Positions 26,083 to 38,653 of a stretch of 64,000 bases of DNA are shown here, in pieces. Position numbers and translations under genes: made by a program. The stretch comes from Antedon mediterranea. Taxonomy: Eukaryota > Animalia > Echinodermata. The stretch covers positions 29,385,648 to 29,449,647 of the forward strand of contig NC_092673.1 in NCBI RefSeq assembly GCF_964355755.1, given 5' to 3'. Numbering within the stretch: position 1 is the first letter of the stretch; every line of letters starts with the position of its first letter. The notes beneath the pieces are model-generated. The model was not told the DNA's origin. It saw only the letters and a list, made by a program, of their open reading frames with translations, and made no database searches.

Positions 26083-29000
26083 TTAGGCAGACATCGGTGG
26101 TTGAGGAAGACTAGACCAATCCTGGCTTTCCGCTTTCCAATCTGTTATTCAATGATTCTGTGGTAAAAAGAATTACAGAACTTTATTACAGTATATAGTT
26201 CGAAAATCGTAACCACAACCATCATGACCGTTATCACCACCACCAACAACAACAACAATACCAACAACACCAAAACTACCAACAACAACAACAACACCAC
26301 CACACCCACCTCCACCATCATCACCACCACCACCAACAACACCATGACTGACTTGTATGTTTTAATAATCACTCACCACGCCTATTATCGCAAACCGGCA
26401 ACATTCCCTGGGCTAATGACCCTTGGACCTTCTTGCCCGTGTGTTCGTCAACGCACCAACAGTATCTCCAGCTGTTAAAACATTGGATGGCCGAATATTT
26501 TCCGTTTTTCTCGCATACTGGTCGATAGAAAGATTTCTTTTTCATATTTCGTCTTGATTGATAGCCGTCGATCCTTTTTCGATGTCGCTGGCAGTTAGAC
26601 AACCCTTCAAATATAGACAATGATTTTAGTTAGTTATTTAAATATTTTTCTAATGTTTGTGAACCAAGAAAAGATATACAAAATAATCATACTTTAGTGC
26701 TTGATTTTCCGAATTGTGTGCCATAAAGTCTATAATTTTAATTAATAATGTGTAAGCAGAAAAGTTGTAAAACTTTACGGCTTCTTATAACTTTAAAGTT
26801 TGATTCCCACGTAGGCGCAACGTGAATGACTAAGCTTACGTAACTTCACTTACTGCAGTCTGGCTTTTCCATGTTAGCTGTACTTACACTACCGAGTTTT
26901 CTCTGACCATTCTTCTTGTCAACGCACCAACATGCTCCCATCGATTTATCACATTGTACCTACCAAAACAGAAAACAGTTTTAGCTCTGTACTCTACACT
27001 ATCAAACTGTATGTGACAAAAAAATATGATGTGCTCAATATATGAACATGACCCCCAATTATGGTAGTGATATAACATCATCATGTTCATATATGGTCAC
27101 AAAACATTTTTTGTCACATAAAGTTTGATAGTGTTGACAGAGCTTAATGAAATTTGTTGTGTTAGGTCCACTCCGCAAAGAAAAAAATGTTATTTTCAAA
27201 ATGATTGTGGTGTAATACAAATATTATATAACATTTTTACAATTTTTGGAAATGCAAATCATAGAGGTACTTACCTCGGTATAACTGCCATCATAGTTAC
27301 AGGTTAGGTATGATATTGCGCCATCTACGGTTGCCGTCTGCCTATCTTTCCAACATTTTCCTCGTTTTTGATTGACTGTGTTCACGGCTGATTTGATTTC
27401 TTGAAAATCTAAATTTATAGTAAATTTACTCAATACTCTAAAAAATGTCACATTAAATGACATGGCATGCGTTAACTCTCTATTACCAGAACCTCTCTTG
27501 TAGAATAAAGCTTGCTTCCCACTAGCGGCGTAACGCAACGTAAGTGATTTGACCAATCACAAGCGATGGATCATTCGAACTGTCGCTTGTCATTGGTCAA
27601 CTCGCTTGCGTTGCGCATACGTCCTTGTGTTGCATCTCTAGTGGGAACCAAGCTTAAACAAGTACACACAAAAATAATATAGATGATTAAACTGAAAACT
27701 CCCAGCAACAAAATACATGTGCCAGGCAACCCAAAAGAGAAAATTCTAAAGATAAACGCATATCAACTTTTAAAGATGTATTGTCCCTTTGACTAATTTC
27801 AAAAACATTTTTTTTTTTGAAATTTTGAAAAAAAGGGGGTTATTTTGAAGTATCATAATAGTTATTAACTTTCACCAAAAATTAGTCGAAAAAAAAAATA
27901 ATTTAACCGAAATACAGATGTTTTTTTGTTCAAAAAATAACTTTGACTTCCAGTCAAAGTTTTCAATCAAAACATATCTCATAATGCAACGCGCTTGTTT
28001 GGCTACTCTGTATGCATAATCATAAAACTTCTTCGCGATCTGTGTGAAAACACCTTCTCAACCGTGACGAGTTGTAAACAATCCTTATTAGCATCATATA
28101 TAATGCATACTCATGGTTTGAAATCTTTGTTTACTTTCGCTTGCGACGATTTCCCAGACGAAATGTAATCTAATTAATTTACCTGTTAATTACGTAAACT
28201 TGTTGTTTTTGGCTCAATTTTTCGACTTAAAGTGAATAACTTTAATATTACTTTGATATGGCTAATTTGAATTTAGAATATTTTTTTTTCATTTTTTGTG
28301 TTTCAAGGGACAATACATCTTTAAATTTCCTAAAGAATAAATGACTAAAATAATATTCGATAATTATACGTACTTGGACACCCTTGTTCGTTAGGCCCCA
28401 CAGCAGGTGCATCGATGAACGTGCAACAGCCGTATGCTTCCCTCTCTGGATTACATTTCCTAGGGGTTAAGTGAAGGCTAGGAAGGGCCTTGGGAACGTG
28501 GCTAAAACCCGGTACAGTCAAACCCTTCTCCGCTCCAACTACGGTTTAAAATATATATATAAATATAACATGTACATAATGTAGATAAATTATAAATTTG
28601 CGATAATATTAGGCCTATGCGTGAAACATACGCGAATAACGTGATCACACGATGCACATAAACATTTTTAACAATTGATTTACGTTGATTATTGATAATT
28701 TGACTTAAAACATTGATACAAAATCACAAACGAATGTGATTTGGGCGAACTTCGCAACAGTTGCGGTTGATGGTGGTGGTGTAAAACTCACACACTCGTA
28801 GGCCTATACTAATATCTTCGTATTTACCGCGTTCTGAAAGCTTGGTTCTCCCAGAGACGCAACTCAAGAACATAAGTTCAACACAAGCGAGTTGACCAAT
28901 AACAAGCGACAGTTCGGATAATCCTTCACTTGTGACTGGTCAAATTACTTGCGTTGTTGTGCGTACATCCATGCGTTGCGTCTCTACAGCTTAGTTCCCA

Positions 29001-32000
29001 CTAGCGACGCAACGCAAATACGTAACGCAACGAAAGTGAATTGACCAATCACAAGCGATGGCTTATTCGCTTGTGATTGCTAACTGTCTATAACTTCGCT
29101 TTTCATTGGTTAAAACGCTTGCGTTGCGTTTACGTCCTTGCGTTACGTTCTAGTGGGAACCAAGCTTTAGTTCCCTCTAGCGACGCAACGCAAATACGTA
29201 ACGCAACGTAAGTGATTTGACCAATCACAAGCGACGGATTATTCGAACAATGGCTTGTCATTGGTCAACTTGCTTGCTTTGCGCGTACCTGCTTGCCTTG
29301 TGTCTCTAGTGGAAACCACGCTTAATGCTTGGTTCCCAGCGACGCAACGCAAGGACGTAACGCAACGCAAGTGAATTGACCAATCACAAGCGATGGCTTA
29401 TTCGCTTGTGATTGCTAACTGTCTATAACTTCGCTTGTCATTGGTTAAAACGCTTGCGTTGCGTTTACGTCCTTGCGTTACGTTCTAGTGGGAACCAAGC
29501 TTAAGTGGGTAAAAGCGAAGTCGGTGTCAAGTGAACTTTTCACTTAGGTACGTTTATTGAGAAGAATTTGGTTTTAACAATGTTAGGAGGCCCGTATTGC
29601 AAGCATTGAGTATGTTGGTGTCTCCTATATTAAGTATGTAGTATTGTATACGTTGTACCGGCTTCTTTTATGAAGAAGTGTTAATACATTATGCTTTATA
29701 GTATATTAATATGTAACATAATCGGTATGCACTTGAGTTAATTAGAACACGGAGAATGATCACCGTAGGCCGAAAACCAATACACATACGCAAAACTTTT
29801 CTACCCAATACAGAAAGCCGCGTGTGTAAACAATATCAATGAAAAGCTGATTGTAGATCTTTTAAAAGTGCTCACTATGCACGAAATTGACTGGCACAAA
29901 AGATAATATTTATATTACGTGAGACAGCCGACTATATCATTTAATTTGTATTTATTACTATACCTGATCAAATTTAGATGAATAGATTTTATCACCTGTA
30001 AAATGACTGCATAGTGTAAGTGTACTGAATCGTAATAACGTCTTTTGAAGTTTGGTGTTACGCCCTGTACACGTCATGAGAAGCAAACAAGGATGTATTG
30101 CAAGAGGTTGAGACAAACAATTAATGAGTTTACGAAACAGAACGGTATAAGGACACAATAACGCAAGTTGGCCAATCACAAGCAACATTTCGGATGATCC
30201 ATTGCGTAGTGATTGGTCAAATTACTTGCGTTGCGTGCGACGTCGTCGTCAGAACCCAACTTTGCAAGTGCGTGACGCTCGCCTAAGTTAAGCCTTCACC
30301 ATAGAGATAATATTAATACTAAGCTGGCCTTTACAATATTTAGCTGTCACGCATCAGTAAACGTCAGTTTTACGCAATCCTTACGCAATGTTCATCTTGT
30401 AATGTCCGTAAACCCATCACTAAAGCGTGGTTCCCACTAGCGACGCAACACAAAGACGTAACGCAACGCAAGTGAATTGACCAATCACAAGCGATGGCTT
30501 ATTCGCTTGTGATTGCTAACTGTCTATAACTTCGCTTGTGATTGGTTAAAACGCTTGCGTGGCGTTTACGTCCTTGCGTTACGTTCTAGTGAGAACCAAG
30601 CTTAAATGAAAATAATGTAAATAAATGTGTATCCAAAATTACTAATTGACAGTCGTCTGACATAAAAAGTATAAAAAAACACATTATAATGAACTCAAAT
30701 AAACGTCACGGCACCTATAGGCCCAGGTTCATGTGACCCACCATTTCATTTGACAAAATGTTACTTAAGCTAGGGTTGATCTAACTAACAATAACATCGC
30801 AATCACGATAATTTAAGAGCCCTGACCATGTAACTCGGTAGATCGATCGGATGTATCGCAGATATTAAAGGAAGCGAAATAAAACCGTCGCGATGTTCAG
30901 TCAGCCAGTAATATTAGAGCAAGCACAAAAAGAAATCAAATACTGAAATACTTATATCTGTACCTCTAACGCACTTTTAATCTTAAGGTATTTTTATTTT
31001 GGGAGGAAATAAAACGGGCTTTGTCGGTGTTTAATGAATCAATAATAAATAAATGAACAGAAAAAAATGGAGAAATCTAAAAATAACAACGAAAATCCAG
31101 CGCTTTGTGACAAGGTGTTAAAAACTGTTAAGTCAACCGCTGAAATCGGAATGTAAAACCAAAAGTAAATATACATTTTTTTTTAAAGTATCAACAATTA
31201 AAAAAATATATAATATACATGTAATAACACAATTTTCTGAGACACACTGTGAACATTGCTAGATTATGTTTTAACATTACATTGCATTAAATAAAACAAC
31301 AACAACTGAAACAAAATCAAAACTACTTACTCATGTTTAATCCACGACATTCCTCTGAAAAAATAATGACACCAATGTTTATTTTAAGTAAATTATCATT
31401 TATAAGTAAATTCAAATAATGTAAGCTAGCTCTAGTTGTACAGAACTATTATATTAGACACAACATTCTATAAAGTTGTTTAAACTAAAATAAAATTGTC
31501 CTCCAAATGTATATATTCCAATACTGTACATGCATAGGGCGTTGCCTCTCTTTTAGAATACAGAGTCTATGTTATTCCTTATGACCATTTACACGCAACG
31601 CGGACGGGCGGTTTCCGCTCAGGATAGATACAGATTCTACGTGAGACTAGCTACGCGGTTTTCCGCTTACCGTTACCGCTCGTCTGTTAAATTGGCCTTT
31701 AAGCTTGGTTCCCACTTGGTCGCAACGTAGGACGCCAAATTGCTTTAAATTCACTTGTGTCCTTGCGTTGCGTGGGAACCCAGCTTAAAGCGTGGTTCCC
31801 ACTAGCGACGCAACGCAAGGACGTAACGCAACGCAAGTGAATTGACCAATCACAAGCGATGGCTTATTCGCTTGTGATTGCTAACTGTCTATAACTTCGC
31901 TTGTCATTGGTTAAAACGCTTGCGTTGCGTTTACGTCCTTGCGTTACGTTCTAGTGGGAACCAAGCTTTAGCGTGGTTCCCACTAGCGACGCAACGCAAG

Positions 32001-35000
32001 GACGTAACTCAACGCAAGTGAATTGACCAATCACAAGCGATGGCTTATTCGCTTGTGATTGCTAACTGTCTATAACTTCGCTTGTCATTGGTTAAAACGC
32101 TTGCGTTGCGCTTACGTCCTTGCGTTTACGTTCCAGTGGGAACCAAGCTTTATTGCGAAACACTGACTTAGTATATCCATATTGCTGTATGCATTCATAC
32201 AGTGTCAAGAAATTTAAATATTGTAGGCCAGACACATTATAATGAATAAATGTTTCTTTTACTGGGAGATGATGGCCTGGCCCTATGTTTTACCTTGATT
32301 TGTTAAGATAATATCGTCTTTCTTTATACAAAGAGAAGGTAGAAGTTGGTCAATTTGTTCCATGTGGGCCTTGGACAATGTAGGCTGGCGACTCATTACG
32401 TAAACGATGTTTTCACGATGTGAGCATGCTCCGTGGCTATCTGCATTGCAACCGTAAATCAGTGCGTAGTTGTCATAGTCTGTTTCGACTATCCAATAAG
32501 GGGCTGCAAATGAATCATAAAATGCAGTCTTAGTTGTCATGACGACGCATCACATACGCAGCCAATTAATTTCACACAGCCATTCAGGGCATGTCTTTAT
32601 AAATGTGTACGCAGAATGACTTTTCGTCTCGACACCTATTTGCATTATTAGTTTTTAATCTTGATCATATTTAAATGATGTAATTATTTTAATTGAATTG
32701 ATATATAGCTTTTATAAACATTAATAGAAATGTAATAGTTATTACATTTAATTATTATTATGAATGTATAACATTATGTAATAATCCTAATTACGGCATT
32801 TTTTATTTCAATCGATTATGTTTGATAACAATTAATGAGAACCTACCAATTTTACGTTCACCGTCCCCAATAGGATCAAACGTCACGGTCCACTGCGCAC
32901 CACCATTGGTCGTTGCAACTCCCTTTACACGTATGTCTACGCATTTGTTGGCTCTGATATATACAACACGACATATAATAATAATCATCATCATCAATAA
33001 TAATAATCAAACATTTATAGCCTATAGCTTTCATCCACCAAAAAGGATTTTTTTTATGAGTCAAAAGTGGGTGAAAGTTTTACAAAAGGAGGAAATTCGT
33101 TCCAAAGAGAAGATGCAACAAAGAAGGGGAGTGACTGTCCATCGTAAAGCGTGGTTCCCACAAGTGACGCAACGTAACGCAACCAACGCAACGTAACAAA
33201 ATGATTGTGTTTGCCCCCGCCTGCGTGAAATCAAATATGCGATATTTGCAGCATTGTTGCGTCGTCGGTTCCCACTTTTGAATACGCAATACAGCACTTT
33301 GCGTCAAAACGTCGCTGCGTTGCGTCACGTTGTGTCTCCAGTGGGAACCACGCTTAAGGAAACAGGGAACAGTGATTGACAATATAGTGAAGAAGAATTG
33401 GGATGTAGAAAACAAAGTATAACTTTATGAAAAACGTAACGTAACGTAATTACTCTTACACTCTGAAAAGGTCTAGTTGCATCGCAATAGTGTCATTCTC
33501 CGTCATCGTTAGGATAGTGGTCGTAGAATCTGGCACTTCGTAATCGACGCTGGTTTGTTTCTTTGCTATTTCATACCACGTTCCCATATACTAAATAATG
33601 TGTAATGTTGTAATGATATTACATAAAGAATATTGATTCATTAATTACTTGATCATTTTAGTTTTCCTGCCGTTCTATAATCACTCCATTCACTAATTTC
33701 ACACTTTAATTAAAAGGTTCGAACATTCATATTCACTCATCAACTGTTCATTAATCACAATTTAACTATCAACTCCTGATTGCTTGTTTCGAATTCGTTA
33801 ATTTTACATAACTGTAAATTTCAATTACTTTTCTGAAGTCGATATCTGTTTGTAGAGAAACATTGGTTACAATGCATTCTTCTGGTTCTGACACATCCAC
33901 GTTCACAGAAATGGTCTCATTGCAATCTGTAATATAATAAACTGTATTAGAATCATTTTTACATGGTCCCTTAGTTTTATATCTACATTTTGCAACAAGG
34001 ACGCTGATGTTAAGTACTCTTCTAACTTAATAAATTTCTATTAAAATCAATGGGTAACTGTAGTAGAATATGTAGACATGATCCCTAAAGCTTCGTTCCC
34101 ACTAACGACGCAACCTACGCAACGTAAGGAAATGCCCTTCCAATGATTGCGTTTGCGCCCCTACTCCCTCCTTCTTGAAATCAAACCTGCTATGTTTGTA
34201 GCACGGTTGCGTCGTTGGTTCCCACTTGTGATTACGCAATACAGCACTTTGCGCCAATACGTCACTGCGTTGCATTGAGTCGCTAGTGGGAACCACGCTT
34301 AAGTTTATTATACTTTGTAGCGTTCGAATGATTCTGTCTTCTGAAATACACAGATTTTCCAAAAGTTTCACCATTCTTGTGTACACAGCTGGTTGTACTG
34401 TTAAGGTTCGGGACAACATCCAGACAGAGGTGTGGTTGTATGAACACGTTCCGTCAGCTAGATAAAGCTGGCAACTGTAGACTATTGCGTATGATTTGTA
34501 ATCAGTCTCAATCACCCAATAATCATCTAAAAAAAATTATATATATATTTTTAATTACTGCACACTATTGTTTTCAAGTTTGGAAGCTAACGCCATTCAG
34601 CCTAACAGCTTGAATGTATTACAGTGTAGAGTAGAAGAAAGGTTGTAGTAATGAGACGAGATGAAACTGCATATATGTTTATTGTCTCTATCCGTACAAG
34701 GATCTAAAGAAACTTAAAAGTATCTCAGTTCGGAGTAAACAATGATATTCTCTTTTTCTGTAATCTATCATACTCTATCATTGTAGCATTTCTTTTAAAA
34801 CAACATTACAAAAAAAGTTTCAATATACTTTATGTTTCATTGCTACTCCCCTACAATATTTATAAATTTTAAAATGAGGCATTTACCTGACGTTGCTTCG
34901 ACTTGATCCAGGCCGGCAACTCCAATGTTTACGCGGAACTTTCCTTCTCTTCTACTGGGATCAGTAAGTATTCCTTGTGCTATCATCTTTTGTTTAAAAC

Positions 35001-36289
35001 ATTCCCCATTACTTTTAAATTTGATAAATCAATGTTAGCCTATATCTTAGGTAACCTTCTAGATCTTCAAGAAGCAATTTAAAAATTTAATTTAAATGTA
35101 CAGTCAAAAACTCGATTATATCTATATAGTTCACTATCTATATGTCGAGTTCAGAAAAAACGAAACTCAACTGTAACTAACGGTGCTCTACAGACTGTAG
35201 TTGCGTTTCTTCCTTAACAAATATAATGTTCGCTTTACTTTACTATATCGAGAAGTTTAGACGGTAACAATTATTTGAACCGAACACTTCATTTACTATT
35301 TATAATTTTGCTCAATATATACATATCTATATATAAATAGTTGTTTTTTTTTATGTATATTTTAAAATATACTGTACCATTTTACTTTTTGTGAATAGTA
35401 GACTTACATATTAAGTCCATCACTTTGCATATACAGTCCATCATTCCTATCCCACGTGTAATTCGACACTTGTTTTTGGGGTAACCCCTCTCTTCGTACA
35501 TTTGCTATATCATACCATATTCCTTTATACTATAAACGAAAGAAGGTACAAATATCGATTAATCGGTTGATAATAGAAATCAGGTGTTGTAATTATGTGT
35601 CAACATTTATTGTGATGAAGCGCCATGTCGATAATCTTCTATTGTGACTGTCACCTGACATGTCACATGACAGACAATACTGACAAACTCTTGATAGTCT
35701 GGTCATTTGAATAAACATAGACCCCTATGTTTTGCCTCTGCAAAATATGCATATTGATAGTGTAGTTGATTCTTTATGAAAGATCCTATCCTATTGTATT
35801 AGTTTATGCTATAGTGGTAGTGATCTAAAGAGATATTTTGTTAGAACTACATTCTACTACCCAAGACAAAATCTTGAGTAGAATAAAATCAACCAGATAT
35901 AGACCAACATAAACTTTCCCATTTATTTTTAAAAACTTAGGACATACCAATGTAGGGACATTTGTTAAGGACATATGCCTACCAATAACTTGTAGGGTAC
36001 TTTAGTTAGGATATTTACCAATAACTAGTATGGTACTATAGAAATAACAGCACAAGAAAGCCGCAAACAGTACCTGTTGAATGTTGAAGTTTTGCTGAAC
36101 TTTGAAGTCAGCCACTCTGCAACTGCGTGGTGCGGTTGCCGGTTCAAAGTGTGCAGGCGATATGGTTGTGAAGCCACTCATGTCTGTCTCTGTCTGCTGC
36201 GTTGTTGCAAAATCTGTGTTGGCTGTCTGTGAGTTGCTCTGATCGACAATAATCAATAAAACTACACTTACACTTCTCCACCACATCAT
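26083..36289 (-). CDS. Secreted multidomain protein, about 645 aa: signal peptide, 2 ApoD-like lipocalin domains, papilin-type Cys-rich repeat, 2 thyroglobulin type-1 domains
   Basis: 14 phase-compatible GT-AG exons totalling 1938 nt: 36074-36289, 35408-35529, 34887-35011, 34314-34526, 33829-33926, 33460-33590, 32847-32953, 32294-32503, 31331-31354, 28374-28538, 27275-27408, 26854-26959, 26377-26604, 26083-26141. Lipocalin motifs occur twice (YKGIWYDIA / YWVIETDYKSYA / MLSR and YMGTWYEIA / YWIVETDYDNYA / VMSR). Also YGCC...AVGPNEQGC and QC...CWCVD twice. AATAAA at 25884-25889. The domains are secure; the single-gene join is less so. Confidence 0.8.
26210..26345. repeat. (CAA/CAC)n compound microsatellite in the last intron
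   Basis: Trinucleotide runs; these explain spurious ORFs 26145-26372 and 26224-26478. Confidence 0.9.
27509..27654. mobile_element. MITE family B
   Basis: TIRs with TAA/TAA TSD. Confidence 0.85.
27774..28320. mobile_element. Kolobok-type non-autonomous DNA transposon (family D), 547 bp
   Basis: TIR AGATGTATTGTCCC / GGGACAATACATCT with a perfect TTAA TSD. AG...CT termini fit Kolobok rather than piggyBac. A partial copy begins at about 54998. Confidence 0.8.
28839..29501. mobile_element. Array of four abutting or nested family-B MITEs
   Basis: Four consecutive TIR-bounded hairpin units. Confidence 0.88.
30424..30602. mobile_element. MITE family B, 179-bp type
   Basis: Both TIRs with TAA/TAA TSD; near-identical to the copies at 12768, 19009 and 31789. 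Confidence 0.92.
31560..32149. mobile_element. Stack of MITEs: family E right half, short B (31702-31785), B (31789-31967), B (31970-32149)
   Basis: Each element abuts the TWA flank of the previous one. Confidence 0.88.
33148..33354. mobile_element. MITE family B, long type
   Basis: TIRs with TAA/TAA TSD; intronic. Confidence 0.88.
34089..34299. mobile_element. MITE family B, long type, 14 nt inside an intron from its donor
   Basis: TIRs with TAA/TAA TSD; accounts for the non-lipocalin tail of ORF 34102-34515. Confidence 0.88.
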
Positions 36290-38413
36290 CTTGACCAGGC
36301 TTACCTGTCGTATTCAGATTAAACATGCGTATTGTGACATCCCAGAGAATTTAATGTTGTGTTATATTATACAGTTAAAAATACTGTTACATTTGTGTTG
36401 TGTGTATGAAACCAATTTATTTTTAGAACTCTTTAGGTACCTTTATTTCCTTGTAAATTGAACCTAGTAGGTCTTTGAACAAATCTATGGTTTTGAATAG
36501 TGAAAAGGATCTTGTTTGGTGTGCTACGAATTATCTGTTACAATCTTCAAATCTCTTCACTAAATGGGTGAAAATCCTATTTTAGTGTGATTTTCTGTTT
36601 TGTATTGTTTGTTGTATATAAGGAATTTTTATTCTGAAATAAAGTGATCAATCAATTAAAATATACTGGGAAAAGAGGTAAATAGTTACTCCTCTTCCAT
36701 TTGGACATTGATTAAAAATATATGTCTGAAGAAGACACCATCTGTGTAACGCTTCATAAATTTCAAAACCCATGCAGACTACTGTATAGCATGAATAATC
36801 GATTAATGATACAAAATGGAAATACTAGTGACGTGATATGTTATAGGCTGTAATAGTTCAATAGTAATCAATAATCTGAAACATGTACTCGTGGGAAAAA
36901 CAAAAGTTGAGAGCCAAAAAAGGATGAACCTGAGCAAATATTGTTTTTAGTTTCTTTCCATTGTGTTGGTTTTATTTGTGAAGTGACATCCTTTTGGTTC
37001 AATTAAAGACTTTAAGCCTATTTCCAGTAATTTATTGTTACTGTTATGTTTAATACTTGTTGAAGAAAACTTATTCACGTTCATTAAAATCCGAATTAGA
37101 CTTATTAAAATTTTCTACCAAGTCATTTGAAAACTAACAATTGATATTATCAGGATTAAAAGGCCTAAATTTAGTTTAACCCTAAACAAATATATGAAAG
37201 TAGTTCCTATAGCAGTCAACTTACCTTAACACTTGGTATTGGTCCAATATGTAAATACGAACTTAAAGTTGTACAAATGAGCTGTGAGTTACAAATGATA
37301 GCTAACAAGTATTTGTCATCTTATAAAATGTAAGTGAAATGTGACAATGAGTTTTCTATTAACAATGTCACTTGTTACCTCCTATTTTACTCATCATCAT
37401 TATCATCACTTGGGGTTTTCTTGAAATGTCGTGACCCCTAGAAGATGATCTTTTCATATGGGATCTATTTTCTACAAATTGATAGCAAAATAACGAAGAA
37501 ATGTAGAATAAAAATCATGAATGACATAAATCATACATAATACATCTTTATTTTTAAATACTTTTTGTCTTTTAATATTTCTTTTAAATTGATAGCTAAG
37601 GGCTGAAACAATGCATTTGTGCTTCTTAGCTAAGTAGCAAAGTTTAAGAACATTCAATAGTAAGATTTTATTTTTGGTTTATTAATTTACAGCATTCAAA
37701 AACCATCATATCTAAAACTTGCATTCAAGAATTGTATAATGCTACATGTCAGCATCAGCAATACATATCAGTGTTTACACGCGCACGTAACTGTTTACGT
37801 CACTACCAAGAATAAATACAAACTATACCACCCGTGTGCATCCAATGTGCCCAAGAATATCACGATACTTTTATCACGCACCTTTAATTTTCAAAACGTT
37901 TTACTTTCTCGAAAGAGACTGATAAATGACCGTATTGACCATCGGGTTTTATAGAATATTATTTATCCTATAAGTGGTTCTTTCAATTTGGATTCATGAA
38001 TAGGAGCCGCCGTCAATGACCAACATCTGCCTAAAATATTTGACATGACCTTTAAACAGGTCGGTGCAAGGGCATTTAACGTTAAATTTAGTTGACACTT
38101 TAATTTTGTTTAGCTTTCATCGACGTGTAATTTTTTTTTTTTAAATAGATTTGTTTCATTTATAGTGTTTTGTAAAAAGAGTTCATTCACATCTGAGGGA
38201 CCTTTGTAGTTTCCAGGACCAGAGTAGGTATATATATTGGTAGGGTGGTGGTATAGCGTTATTTATCAGACGTCATTTCTACGTCTACTTTTAGGACATT
38301 GTAATTGTTACTTCCCCGATCAGTACGGATAATGTTTATATTTAAATTTTTTTAATATATCAGAAGTTAAATTTTATACGAATTGATTTGCCTTTAGTGG
38401 AAACCAAGGTTTA

Positions 38414-38575
38414 AGCATATTTTCCACTAGACGAATTTGTTCGCGTGAATAAAAAATGTCAGCTTATATGCATCATGCGTATTCATGTTTCCATCTTCCA
38501 AATCCCTCTCTACGCATGCGTATAAGGTGACGCTTTTGATTCGCGCAAACAAATTCGCCAAGTTGAAACAAATCT
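38414..38575. mobile_element. Hairpin MITE (family G)
   Basis: TTTCCACTAGACGAATTTGTTCGCG versus CGCGCAAACAAATTCGCCAAGTTGAAA. Confidence 0.65.
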
Positions 38576-38653
38576 GTACAATACTAATACTATTCAGGAC
38601 TGAGTCGATGAGATTTAAACCCTCTTCGTGGAACCATGGTGATCACTGTTTTC

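Noticed and set aside
26145-26478. Poly-V/L and poly-T/N ORFs
   Set aside because: Products of an intronic trinucleotide microsatellite.
29964-29995. Possible 32-nt exon in the lipocalin-Tg1 gene
   Set aside because: It has AG/GT ends but would shift the frame between two phase-1 junctions.
32283-32293. Stop codon ending the lipocalin gene (QGKT*)
   Set aside because: It lies just after a phase-1 GT donor matching the equivalent intron in domain 1, and the terminal Cys is in the next exon. Kept only as a possible minor isoform.
36720-36760. CTGAAGA-hairpin as a third hammerhead
   Set aside because: The GAAA box is missing; at best a decayed remnant.
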